Part shown: positions 1 to 9,006 of the stretch, in pieces
Layout of the letters: each line of letters starts with the position of its first letter
Position numbering within the stretch: position 1 is the stretch's first letter
Source of the DNA: Ignavibacteria bacterium
GTDB lineage: Bacteria; Bacteroidota; Ignavibacteria; Tepidaquicellales; Tepidaquicellaceae
Direction of reading: 5' to 3'
NCBI GenBank assembly: GCA_016788375.1
Contig: JAEUSI010000004.1
Coordinates: 3,478 to 67,477, forward strand
Length of the DNA: 64,000 nt
Notes under the pieces: model-generated
What the model saw: the letters and a program-made list of their open reading frames with translations, nothing else
Told to the model about the DNA's origin: nothing
Databases searched by the model: none
Position numbers and translations under genes: made by a program

Positions 1-333
1 CAATGTTTTTTCCGCTGCATAGACAGAACGATGCTGACCGCCGGTACAGCCGAAACTTATCATAAGGCTTGTAAAATTTCTTTCGGTATAATTCATTACA
101 GCTTTGTCAATAATTTCGTAAACGCTTTTCAGAAATTCCTGCATCAGTTCAGTCCCGTCAAGAAACTTGATAACTTCCGTATCTTTCCCCGTAAGAAATT
201 TAAACTCATCTTTCCTTCCGGGATTTAAAATGAATCTGCAGTCAAATACAAAACCTCCTCCGTTTCCTGTTGAATCTTCAGGTATTCCAGATTTAAGATA
301 ACTGAATGAATTCAGATAAACAGTTAATGCCAT
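1..333 (-). CDS. RapZ C-terminal-domain-like protein; the 3' end lies beyond the window edge
   Basis: Absent from the ORF track because there is no stop in the window. Manual translation from the ATG at 333..331 gives MALTVYLNSFSYLKSGIPEDSTGNGGGFVFDCRFILNPGRKDEFKFLTGKDTEVIKFL...MISFGCTGGQHRSVYAAEKTL. This matches the RapZ/YhbJ C-terminal motifs FDVRFLPNP and GCTGGxHRSV. An in-frame TAA lies five codons upstream of the ATG. Confidence 0.6.
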   Translation of the reverse strand, partial: MALTVYLNSFSYLKSGIPEDSTGNGGGFVFDCRFILNPGRKDEFKFLTGKDTEVIKFLDGTELMQEFLKSVYEIIDKAVMNYTERNFTSLMISFGCTGGQHRSVYAAEKTL

Positions 334-392
334 ACAATATTTTAATTAATGAAATAAAAAATCAGTAACAAAGAACTTACAAAAGAATTAAC

Positions 393-1466
393 TCATCCGA
401 ACATAGAAAACTGATCCGAAAAATCTCTTCGAAAAGCTCCCTTGTTCAGAGGAGTATTCTTTGTATTCAGATTATATTTCCTGCATCCGGAATTGAAAAT
501 TTTCTGAATTGTGTCAGCCCATTCGCCATGTCCGGTAAGCCTTCTGCCGAAACTACTGTCATAGAGTTTTCCTCCGTGCACTTCCTTAATTCTGTTAATA
601 ATTTTATCAGCCCTGTCCGGAAATTCCCGCCTGAGCCAGTCAAGAAAAAGATCTTTCACTGAATGCGGAAGTCTCAGGATTACATTTCCTGCGGAAACCG
701 CACCTCTGTCTGAAGCTTCTTTCAAAATAGACGGAATTTCTTCGTCAGTAAGTCCGGGAATTATGGGAGCAACATTCACGGAAACAGGGATATTAACTGA
801 AGCAAGTATTTCAATCGTTTTCAGTCTCATATCCGGAGATGAAGTTCTTGGTTCCATAACTCTGTGCAGTTCTTTTTTCAGTGTAGTAACTGAAATCACA
901 ACTCTTATTAAATTCATTTCAGACAGACTTTTTACAATATCAATATCTCTGAGAACGAGCGCATTCTTTGTAATCAGTGCGAGAGGATTTCTGAATTTCA
1001 GAAATACATCAAGACACTTTCTTGTAATTCCGAGTTTTCTTTCAGTGGGCTGATAGCAGTCGGTATTTCCCGAAAAAAATACAGTCTGAGGAATCCAGCT
1101 CTTTTTTGAAAACTCTGCCGAAAGCAGTTCGGCTGCATTATGCTTGACCATAATTTTAGTTTCAAAATCAATGCCTGAAGAATAACCGAGATATTCATGT
1201 GTCGGTCTGGCATAACAGTAAATGCATCCGTGCTCACATCCCCGGTAAGGATTAATACTGTAACCTGCGCCGAGATCCGGGCTTTCATTTTTTACAAGAA
1301 CTGATTTAGAATGATCGCTTAATAACTGTGTGCTTACATTTTTCTCATCTTCTTCAAAATTATAATACTCTGCATATTCATCATATTTAAAATCAGTGAA
1401 TGATTTTTCAAATCTGTTCGGAAGATTGAACTGCGAACCGCGTCCTTTGATGATTTTTTTATTCAC
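393..1466 (-). CDS. Radical SAM protein (PA0069-like family)
   Basis: 357 aa ORF with the CxxxCxxC cluster motif CEHGCIYCYA. The N-terminus GRGSQFNLPNRFEK is typical of the PA0069-type radical SAM family. Confidence 0.8.
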   Translation of the reverse strand: MNKKIIKGRGSQFNLPNRFEKSFTDFKYDEYAEYYNFEEDEKNVSTQLLSDHSKSVLVKNESPDLGAGYSINPYRGCEHGCIYCYARPTHEYLGYSSGIDFETKIMVKHNAAELLSAEFSKKSWIPQTVFFSGNTDCYQPTERKLGITRKCLDVFLKFRNPLALITKNALVLRDIDIVKSLSEMNLIRVVISVTTLKKELHRVMEPRTSSPDMRLKTIEILASVNIPVSVNVAPIIPGLTDEEIPSILKEASDRGAVSAGNVILRLPHSVKDLFLDWLRREFPDRADKIINRIKEVHGGKLYDSSFGRRLTGHGEWADTIQKIFNSGCRKYNLNTKNTPLNKGAFRRDFSDQFSMFG

Positions 1467-1476
1467 GGTTCAAACT

Positions 1477-1502
1477 AAAAAAGCAGCCTTAATGATTTAA
1501 GG
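1477..1502 (-). terminator. Possible intrinsic terminator downstream of glnA
   Basis: On the minus strand, CCTTAA-atca-TTAAGG is followed by ctgCTTTTTT. The stem is short and AT-rich, so support is weak. Confidence 0.35.
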
Positions 1503-1574
1503 GTAAAAATTTTCTCTTAAAAAAACAGATTAAGAACATCCGGAGAAATAACAATAACGAATTTACATTTCACA

Positions 1575-3029
1575 TTATACTTCGTAGTACAGATGGAATT
1601 CATAAGGATGCGGTCTCAGCTGAACTTCCTTAATTTCCTTTTTCATTTTATAATCGATCCATGTACTGATAAGATTGTCGGAAAACACTCCGCCCTGTTT
1701 TAGATAATCATTATCCTCTTCAAGTCTGTGCATGGCAGCAGTAAGATCTTCTGGAGCATGCGGGATTTTCTTAAGTTCATCTTCACTTAAATGATAAATA
1801 TCCATATCAAGATGTTCGCCCGGATTAATTTTATTTATCACGCCGTCAAGACCTGCAAGAAGAATTGCAGAAAATGCAAGATAAGGATTAGCTGTTCCGT
1901 CCGGACATCTGAATTCTATTCTTTTGGCTTTCGGATTATCGGAATACATCGGTATCCTTATCGCAGCGCTTCTGTTGCTTTTAGAATATGCAAGATTAAC
2001 AGGAGCTTCATATCCGGGAACAAGTCTTTTATACGAGTTTGTTGTCGGGTTTGTAAATGCAAGAACCGAAGGTGCATGTTTAAGAAGACCGCCGATAAAG
2101 TTCAGTGCCATTTCACTTAAGCCTGCATACTGATCACCTGCAAAAAGCGGTTTTCCTTCTTTCCAGAGACTCACATGAGTATGCATTCCGCTGCCGTTGT
2201 CACCGAAAATCGGTTTCGGCATGAATGTAGCCGTTTTACCGACTGACCTTGCCGTGTTTTTTACAATATATTTGAACATCTGAAGACTGTCAGCGCAGTC
2301 AAGCAGCGGACAGTATTTGAAATCTATTTCTGACTGACCGCCGGTAGCAACTTCATGATGATGCATTTCCACATCAATGCCTGCATTTATCAGATTTTCC
2401 ACCATAAGACTTCGCAGATCATTTGTCGAATCAGACGGCGGAACAGGAAAATAACCTTCCTTCAGTCTGATTTTATGTCCGAGATTCATTTCCTTTTCAC
2501 TGCCGGTATTCCAGAAACCTTCGATAGAATCTATTTTATACCAGCTTGAATATTCGTTAATATTATAAGCTACATGATCAAGAATAAAAAATTCTGCTTC
2601 GGGTCCGAAATAAGCAGTATCTGCTATACCAGTAGATTTAAGATATTCAACTGCTTTTTTTGCAAGATTTCTCGGATCCATTCCGTAAATCAGCTTGGAT
2701 TCGGGTTCATATATATTACAGATAAGACTCATTGTCTTGATTGTCATAAAAGGATCAATATTAGCAGTAGCCGGATCCGGTACTGCAAGCATATCTGAAT
2801 CATTAATATTTTTCCAGCCTCTGATAGACGAACCGTCAAATCCGATCCCTTCATAAAAACTTGACTCGCTTAATTTTGAAACAGGAATGGTCAGATGCTG
2901 CCACTGACCCGGAAGATCTGTAAATCTCAGATCAATCATTCTGACTTCTTTTTCTTTAATCAGCTTAAATACATCATTGATTCTTTTAAGCTTTTCCTTT
3001 TCTTCTTCGATTGTTGTTTTTTCTGCCAT
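1575..3029 (-). CDS. glnA: Glutamine synthetase, type I
   Basis: 484 aa ORF with a GlnA-like sequence throughout (FTDLPGQWQH, GSGMHTHVSLW, NPTTNSYKRLVPGYEAP, RIEFRCPD). Confidence 0.9.
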   Translation of the reverse strand: MAEKTTIEEEKEKLKRINDVFKLIKEKEVRMIDLRFTDLPGQWQHLTIPVSKLSESSFYEGIGFDGSSIRGWKNINDSDMLAVPDPATANIDPFMTIKTMSLICNIYEPESKLIYGMDPRNLAKKAVEYLKSTGIADTAYFGPEAEFFILDHVAYNINEYSSWYKIDSIEGFWNTGSEKEMNLGHKIRLKEGYFPVPPSDSTNDLRSLMVENLINAGIDVEMHHHEVATGGQSEIDFKYCPLLDCADSLQMFKYIVKNTARSVGKTATFMPKPIFGDNGSGMHTHVSLWKEGKPLFAGDQYAGLSEMALNFIGGLLKHAPSVLAFTNPTTNSYKRLVPGYEAPVNLAYSKSNRSAAIRIPMYSDNPKAKRIEFRCPDGTANPYLAFSAILLAGLDGVINKINPGEHLDMDIYHLSEDELKKIPHAPEDLTAAMHRLEEDNDYLKQGGVFSDNLISTWIDYKMKKEIKEVQLRPHPYEFHLYYEV

Positions 3030-3088
3030 GATTTGATTTATTTTAATTTATTAATTTAAAAAATTTTAATTCCCGGATAAAAATTTAC

Positions 3089-3574
3089 TTACAGTTTTAA
3101 CCCGATTTCAGCTGATTCCTTATGCGAAGAAAGGACTAAATTCGTTTTTGTTGATTTCACTCCGGGCCAGCTCTGTATTTTTGATAAAAGTTTTTCCAGA
3201 GAAGATGTGTTTTCTGTTCTGATTTTTAAAATATGCGAGCCTTCACCGGTGATTGCATGACATTCGAGAATATCCTTCGTATTCTGACAATGGTCAATGA
3301 ACTGATTGTAATATTTCGAGGATTCACTCACTACGAAGATAAAGCATGTAATATCATGTTTCAGCTTCTTATGATTCAGTTTCGCATTATATGATAAAAT
3401 ATAACCGTGAGATTCCAGCCTTGATATTCTGTCCGCCGTTGACGGAAGCGAAAGCCCGACAATTTCAGCAAGCTCGTTTTTTCTTATCTGACAGTTTCTC
3501 TGAAGCTCAGACAGAATTTTATAATCGATGCCGTCGAGTTTTATTTCTTCGCTGTATTTGGATTGAGTTGAAAT
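3089..3574 (-). CDS. Lrp/AsnC family transcriptional regulator; start codon unresolved
   Basis: The track ORF 3089..3331 (GTG start) holds only the C-terminal ligand-binding (RAM) half. The same frame stays open upstream and encodes a typical HTH half: ISTQSKYSEEIKLDGIDYKILSELQRNCQIRKNELAEIVGLSLPSTADRISRLESHGYILSYNAKL. There is no ATG, GTG or TTG in that stretch; the candidates are ATT at 3574 and ATA at 3544. Confidence 0.7.
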   Translation of the reverse strand: MSTQSKYSEEIKLDGIDYKILSELQRNCQIRKNELAEIVGLSLPSTADRISRLESHGYILSYNAKLNHKKLKHDITCFIFVVSESSKYYNQFIDHCQNTKDILECHAITGEGSHILKIRTENTSSLEKLLSKIQSWPGVKSTKTNLVLSSHKESAEIGLKL

Positions 3575-3915
3575 GACTAATTTATTTAGGTTACTTATTA
3601 ATTTTGCCTTACAAAATAAGGCATTTGGTTTTATTTGTCAACTAATATATTGTTCACTTAGTTATTTCCCGGACCGGGCTTTATCCTTACACAAAACAGG
3701 ATTTTAAAAATACATTATATTACACCGGATAAATTCCAAGGAAAGTAATGAACACAATTGCACAAAAATAAATATATAAATGACTTTATAAGGAAATCTG
3801 TCTTGTAACTGATTTGTTTAATCTGAATCCTATATAATTCATTTAAATTTTTCTGTTTTTATTGAATTTTTCATTGCAAATATAGTTTTTCTGACTTAAT
3901 TTTGACCAAGATAGA

Positions 3916-3950
3916 GAGGGGATACGCCAAAAGTGGCAGTCCCCTTTTTT
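3916..3950 (+). terminator. Orphan intrinsic terminator-like hairpin in the intergenic region
   Basis: GGGG at 3918-3921 pairs with CCCC at 3941-3944. An inner GCCA/TGGC stem is present, and a T6 run follows at 3945-3950. No plus-strand gene lies upstream. Confidence 0.5.
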
Positions 3951-4187
3951 ATTTAACGCAATTTGGCGATAGAAATCAGAATCTCAAAGTTCTGAATTTT
4001 TAAAATCAAGTATTTAAGGAATCAGTTATTTAAATTCAAAATAATTTAAACCTTAAAACCGAAAGGAGAAAAATATGAGAAATCGTTTATATCTCCACCC
4101 TCCGTAGAGTTATTATGAATAAAATTCAATCCGTTATAATTTTTCCACTGTAAATAAATTCAAAACTTTTAATTAAAGGAGTTAAAA

Positions 4188-6338
4188 ATGAAATCAGTAG
4201 TTAATAAATTATTTATGGCATTATTGATTGCATTATCGTTTGCTTGTTTTTTGAATAATGCAAATGCCGCACAGGACACAAAAGGAAACAACTTCTGGTT
4301 AATGTTCAATGATAATTCTTTAGGTTCACAAACTTTGTCATTGTTCGTAACAACATCAGATGCAGGTGTAGTAGTGGATGTTACAGGTCCGTTTGCACCG
4401 ATATTAGGAGTTCCAATTCCTGCAGGTACAATCACGACAATTTCAATTCCCGCATCTGCAATGGTAACCTATAATGATGCTCAGGCATTTGACGGGATTC
4501 ATTTAGTCACGCAAAATCCTCTTCATGAAGTAACTGTTTACGGACTGAACAGAGCTCAGTACACAACTGATGCTTATTTAGGATTGCCTGTTGACATTCT
4601 TGGCACAGAATATTATCCGCTTGGATTCTTGAATAACAATGTTCTTGGAACGTTATTCGGAATAGTCGGAACTGCAGCCGGAACTCAGGTGGAAATTACA
4701 CCTTCAGCCACTACAATGGGACACCCGGCCGGAGTTACCTACACAATTACTTTAGGAGCGGGAGAAACATATCAGCTTAAAAATGAAGCCAACAGCGGAG
4801 CGGATTTAAGCGGAACAAAGATTAAATCACTTGGTGCACCGATTGCTGTATTCGGAGGTCACAAATGCTCAAACGTACCGGTAGTATTTTACTGCTGCTG
4901 TGATCACATTGTAGAAATGGTTCCTCCGACATCAACATGGGGAAGAAATTTTGTCACATTCCCGCTTGCAACAAGGTTAAACGGAGACTCATGGAGATTC
5001 CTTGCAAAAGATAACGGAACTACAATCACGGTAACACCAGGACCGGTAATTCCGGTATTGAATGCAGGAGATGTTTATGATGTAATTCTCACATCGGCTG
5101 CAGTAATAAATTCAAATAATCCGATTCTTGTAGCACAGTACTCAAATTCATCTTTTTATGACGGTGTAACATCAGATCCGTTTGAAATGCTGATTCCGCC
5201 ATATGAACAGTTTCTGCCATCCTACGTAGTTTCAACACCAGCAACAGGATTTACAAACAACTTCCTTAACATAGTTGCGCCGACATCAATAGTTCCGGCA
5301 GGCGTACTTGTTGACGGACTGAATGTTGCAGGATGGTTACCTATAGGCGGAGGATTTTCCGGAGTACAGGTTCCTGTAGCATTAAACAGCCATTCAGTTA
5401 CGGGAACACTTCCTGTCGGAGTATTCAGCTATGGGTTTGCAGATTATGATTCATACGGATATCCGGGCGGACAGTCATTATCTCCGGTTGCTGTTGTAAC
5501 AAATCTTGATGCAACACCGGAATTTTCAACTAACTTAGTCGGACAGACTCACTGCATAGATGCACTGGTAACTGATCAGTTCAATTCACCTGTAGTAGGA
5601 ATCAGAGTTGACTTCCAGATTATCGGAGCAAATCCCGGAAACGGATTTGCGTTTTCAAACACACTCGGTGTAGCACAGTACTGTTACGTAGGATCTCATG
5701 TCGGATGTGATACAATAATCTGCACGACAGGAAATCTTGTTGATACGGTGTATAAATGCTGGCAGCCAGCATTACCGGTTGAATTATCGGCATTCACAGC
5801 ATCTGTTAACAGGAAAGACATAACTCTTAACTGGTCAACTTCTGAAGAAATCAACAATTCAGGTTTTGATCTGGAAAGAAAAACTGTCGATGCAACGGAA
5901 TGGACAAAGATTACATTTGTACAGGGCAACGGAAACACAAACGAACCGAAGAATTACACATTCACAGACAAGAATCTGAATGCAGGTAAGTATAATTACA
6001 GACTGAAACAGATAGACTTCAATGGTAATTTCCAATATTTCACATTAAGCAGTGAAGTTGAAATTTCTGTTCCGGCAAAATTTGACCTGATGCAGAACTA
6101 TCCGAATCCGTTCAACCCGACCACAAAGATTGATTTTGAAATTCCGAGAGACGGAAACGTAATGATGACTGTATATGACAACAGCGGTAAACTTGTTTCA
6201 ACAATCGTAAATGAATTTAAATCAGCCGGATATTATACGGTTCAGTTTACTCCGACTAATTTATCGAGCGGAGTTTATTTCTACAAACTCGAATCAAACG
6301 GCTTTACAAAGATCATGAAGATGACACTGCTGAAATAA
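4188..6338 (+). CDS. Secreted adhesin-like protein with an IgGFc-binding-like N-terminal domain and a T9SS C-terminal sorting domain
   Basis: 716 aa ORF with a signal peptide (LNNANA/AQD). It carries a GNNFWLMFNDN motif and a CCCDHIVEMVPP motif resembling the IgGFc_binding N-terminal family. The C-terminus is NYPNPFNPTTKIDFEIP...GVYFYKLESNGFTKIMKMTLLK. AAAGGAG lies 6 nt upstream of the ATG. Confidence 0.8.
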   Translation: MKSVVNKLFMALLIALSFACFLNNANAAQDTKGNNFWLMFNDNSLGSQTLSLFVTTSDAGVVVDVTGPFAPILGVPIPAGTITTISIPASAMVTYNDAQAFDGIHLVTQNPLHEVTVYGLNRAQYTTDAYLGLPVDILGTEYYPLGFLNNNVLGTLFGIVGTAAGTQVEITPSATTMGHPAGVTYTITLGAGETYQLKNEANSGADLSGTKIKSLGAPIAVFGGHKCSNVPVVFYCCCDHIVEMVPPTSTWGRNFVTFPLATRLNGDSWRFLAKDNGTTITVTPGPVIPVLNAGDVYDVILTSAAVINSNNPILVAQYSNSSFYDGVTSDPFEMLIPPYEQFLPSYVVSTPATGFTNNFLNIVAPTSIVPAGVLVDGLNVAGWLPIGGGFSGVQVPVALNSHSVTGTLPVGVFSYGFADYDSYGYPGGQSLSPVAVVTNLDATPEFSTNLVGQTHCIDALVTDQFNSPVVGIRVDFQIIGANPGNGFAFSNTLGVAQYCYVGSHVGCDTIICTTGNLVDTVYKCWQPALPVELSAFTASVNRKDITLNWSTSEEINNSGFDLERKTVDATEWTKITFVQGNGNTNEPKNYTFTDKNLNAGKYNYRLKQIDFNGNFQYFTLSSEVEISVPAKFDLMQNYPNPFNPTTKIDFEIPRDGNVMMTVYDNSGKLVSTIVNEFKSAGYYTVQFTPTNLSSGVYFYKLESNGFTKIMKMTLLK

Positions 6339-6392
6339 TTTATCATGTTATCTGAATTTTCATTAACGGATAATTCCGTTTATAAAAATCAT

Positions 6393-6428
6393 AAAGGCGG
6401 ACCGGAGAGGCTCCGCCTTTATTTTTTG
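6393..6428 (+). terminator. Intrinsic terminator
   Basis: AAAGGCGGA at 6393-6401 pairs with TCCGCCTTT at 6412-6420, followed by ATTTTTT. Confidence 0.8.
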
Positions 6429-6546
6429 ATAATTCAAATCCGCAGCATTAATCCTGAATTTCATTTAATGTATTGATACAAAGTTAATATGAATTTAAAT
6501 TAGACAAACAACCGGTTCTTATTTCCTAATCTTAAACATAACTAAT

Positions 6547-6888
6547 ATGAACATTTACAGAATAATGATTGCAAATGCAGTTGTCTTAATAGGTCTCGGA
6601 GTATTCGGTTATTTTATTTCAGGCAGTCCTACTGCTCTGATCGCTCCGGCAATCGGAATTATACTTATTATACTCTCCTTTCCGGTTAAAAACGAAAATA
6701 AAACTGCTGCTCACATCACAGCCGTAATAACTCTGATTTCAGCGGTAATGTTTTTTGTAACTGGATTTCTCAGGTCAAATATGCTTGTAATAGTGATGGC
6801 TTTATTCACTTCATTTGCACTCTATATGTATATAATGGATTTTGTGAGAAGAAAAAAGGAAAGAGAAGAGAAGTCTTCAGCCGGTTAA
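6547..6888 (+). CDS. Small integral membrane protein, function unknown
   Basis: 113 aa ORF with three or four hydrophobic segments and a basic C-terminal tail (RRKKEREEK). Confidence 0.5.
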   Translation: MNIYRIMIANAVVLIGLGVFGYFISGSPTALIAPAIGIILIILSFPVKNENKTAAHITAVITLISAVMFFVTGFLRSNMLVIVMALFTSFALYMYIMDFVRRKKEREEKSSAG

Positions 6889-6898
6889 AATAAAATTA

Positions 6899-7795
6899 TC
6901 ATACTTTTTCGATCTCTTTTTTTCCGAATAATCCGGTTGGTTTTACAAGTAAGATTATTATCAGAATTGCAAATGCAATAGCATCCCTGTATGTCGGCGA
7001 TAAATAACCGACTGTAAATGTTTCCACAAGCCCGATTATAAGTCCCCCTACCGATGCACCGGGAAAATTTCCGATTCCTCCCAGAACTGCCGCTATGAAA
7101 GCCTTTAATCCGGGAAGCATTCCCATAAGCGGATCAATGCTCGGATAATTAATGCTGTACAATATTCCTGCTGCGCCTGCAAGTGATGAACCTATAATAA
7201 AAGTAAATGAAATAACATTATTAATGTTAATTCCCATTAAAGAGGCAGCCGTAAGATTATTTGATACGGCTCTGATTGCTATTCCCATTTTTGTTTTCAT
7301 TACAATTATCCTGAGTGCGAACATCAGCACAGTAGATGAAATCAGTACAACTATCTGATTTGAACCTATCGTCGCTCCGAATACATTAAAGCTTACATTT
7401 TCGATAATTGTCGGGAATGATTTCGGATCTGCTCCGAAGAGAAGCTGACCTGTATACTGCAGGAAAAGAGATACGCCGATTGCTGTTATCAGTACTGTAA
7501 GTTTGGATGAATTTCTTAAAGGCTTGTAAGCGAGCTTTTCAATGATTACACCTATAAGCGAGGTTATCGTCATCGTGAGAATGAGTATAACAACTGCCAT
7601 TACAATATCCGGGTTATTTACTCCGAATGCTCTTGCCAGATAATATCCGCTGAATGCACCCAGCATAAATATCTCCCCGTGTGCAAAGTTAATAAATTTC
7701 AGAATACCGTATACCATCGTATATCCAAGTGCAATCAGAGCATATATACTTCCGAGTGAAAGACCGTTGATAAGCTGCTGTAAAAATTCAGACAT
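6899..7795 (-). CDS. livH: Branched-chain amino acid ABC transporter permease (LivH type)
   Basis: 298 aa ORF. The N-terminus QQLINGLSLGSIYALIALGYTMVYGILKFINFAHGE is characteristic of LivH. Confidence 0.85.
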   Translation of the reverse strand: MSEFLQQLINGLSLGSIYALIALGYTMVYGILKFINFAHGEIFMLGAFSGYYLARAFGVNNPDIVMAVVILILTMTITSLIGVIIEKLAYKPLRNSSKLTVLITAIGVSLFLQYTGQLLFGADPKSFPTIIENVSFNVFGATIGSNQIVVLISSTVLMFALRIIVMKTKMGIAIRAVSNNLTAASLMGININNVISFTFIIGSSLAGAAGILYSINYPSIDPLMGMLPGLKAFIAAVLGGIGNFPGASVGGLIIGLVETFTVGYLSPTYRDAIAFAILIIILLVKPTGLFGKKEIEKV

Positions 7796-7860
7796 GTTTC
7801 ATTTAATATTTGTAACCGGAAATCTCACTTGCGACAACATGAAATTAAATTTATTTAAAA

Positions 7861-9006
7861 TTAAGGTGCAATGGTTTCTTTATAAACAAAGTTACCGTTC
7901 TTTATCTCCATTACTACAGCAGGCTTGACTGCATTGCGCTGTTCGTTGATCGTAATTATTCCCGTTACACCAGGATAGTCCTTAACTTTCGCAAGTTCGT
8001 TTTTTATCTTTTCGCCTTCGACAGAATTTGCCTTTTTGATAGCATCAAATAAAATCATTCCTGCATCATAAGCAAGAAAAGCCATTGCATCGGGTTTTGA
8101 GTTATATTTCTGCTGATACTTTTTAATGAAATTCTGTATAACCGGCGAAGGATCATCTGCAGATACATGCGTGGAAAAAAAGCTTCCTTCTAGCGCATCC
8201 TTTGCTTTTCCTTCAGTAAGTTTCTCTGATTCCCATCCGTCACTTCCGAACAAGGTGCAGTTAAGACCGATTTCTCTCGCCTGAATCGAAATTAAGTTTA
8301 CATCGGTATAGTATCCCGGAATAAATACTGATTCGGGATTTTTTGCTTTTATAGCCGTAAGCTGTGCCTTAAAGTCCTTATCGCCGGCGCTGTATTTCTG
8401 TTCTTCGACTATCTCTCCTCCGGATTCAAGAAAAACTTTCTTAAAATTATCGGCAAGTCCGGTCGAATAAGCATTTTTCTGATCAATCAGCAGAGCAACC
8501 TTTTTAACTTTCATTGAATTCAGGGCGAACTTGCTCATCACATTCGCCTGAAATGGATCTATAAAACATACTCTGAAGATATAGTCCCCAATTGATGTAA
8601 CTTCAGGATTTGTAGATGCAGGCGTTATCATCGGAATTTTTGCAGCCTGGCATATCGGAGCACCGGCTTTGCTTCTTGATGAAGCTACTTCGCCGATGAT
8701 TGCAACGACTTTATCCCTGTTAATCAGCTTCTGTACGACTGTCTGCGTCTCTGAAGGCTTTCCCTGATTATCTTCAGTAATCAGCTTTATTTGCTTTCCG
8801 AGTACTCCTCCTTTGCTGTTAATTTCTTCCACTGCAAGTACAAGCCCGTTATGTTCGGATTGTCCGAATGTAGCTTCACTGCCTGTAAGCGAAGCATATT
8901 CTCCTATAAGAATTTCATTGGATGTGTTTGACTTGTTGCACGAATACAAAACTATTGCAAAAATTATTATGCATAATACTGAAGCCTGTTTCAAAAAGTT
9001 TTTCAT
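7861..9006 (-). CDS. ABC transporter substrate-binding lipoprotein (LivJ/K-like, Peripla_BP_6 type)
   Basis: 381 aa ORF with the lipoprotein signal IVLYSC. IGEYASLTGSEATFGQ and GGVLGKQIKLITEDNQ are typical of branched-chain amino acid binding proteins. Confidence 0.8.
   Translation of the reverse strand: MKNFLKQASVLCIIIFAIVLYSCNKSNTSNEILIGEYASLTGSEATFGQSEHNGLVLAVEEINSKGGVLGKQIKLITEDNQGKPSETQTVVQKLINRDKVVAIIGEVASSRSKAGAPICQAAKIPMITPASTNPEVTSIGDYIFRVCFIDPFQANVMSKFALNSMKVKKVALLIDQKNAYSTGLADNFKKVFLESGGEIVEEQKYSAGDKDFKAQLTAIKAKNPESVFIPGYYTDVNLISIQAREIGLNCTLFGSDGWESEKLTEGKAKDALEGSFFSTHVSADDPSPVIQNFIKKYQQKYNSKPDAMAFLAYDAGMILFDAIKKANSVEGEKIKNELAKVKDYPGVTGIITINEQRNAVKPAVVMEIKNGNFVYKETIAP

Noticed and set aside
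6040-6338. Recurring NYPNPFNP...YFYKLE-coding segments (also near 34600-34852, 56501-56760 and 61356-61620) as dispersed DNA repeats
   Set aside because: The similarity is at the protein level (T9SS C-terminal sorting domain) with different codon usage in each copy, so this is not a nucleotide-level repeat family.
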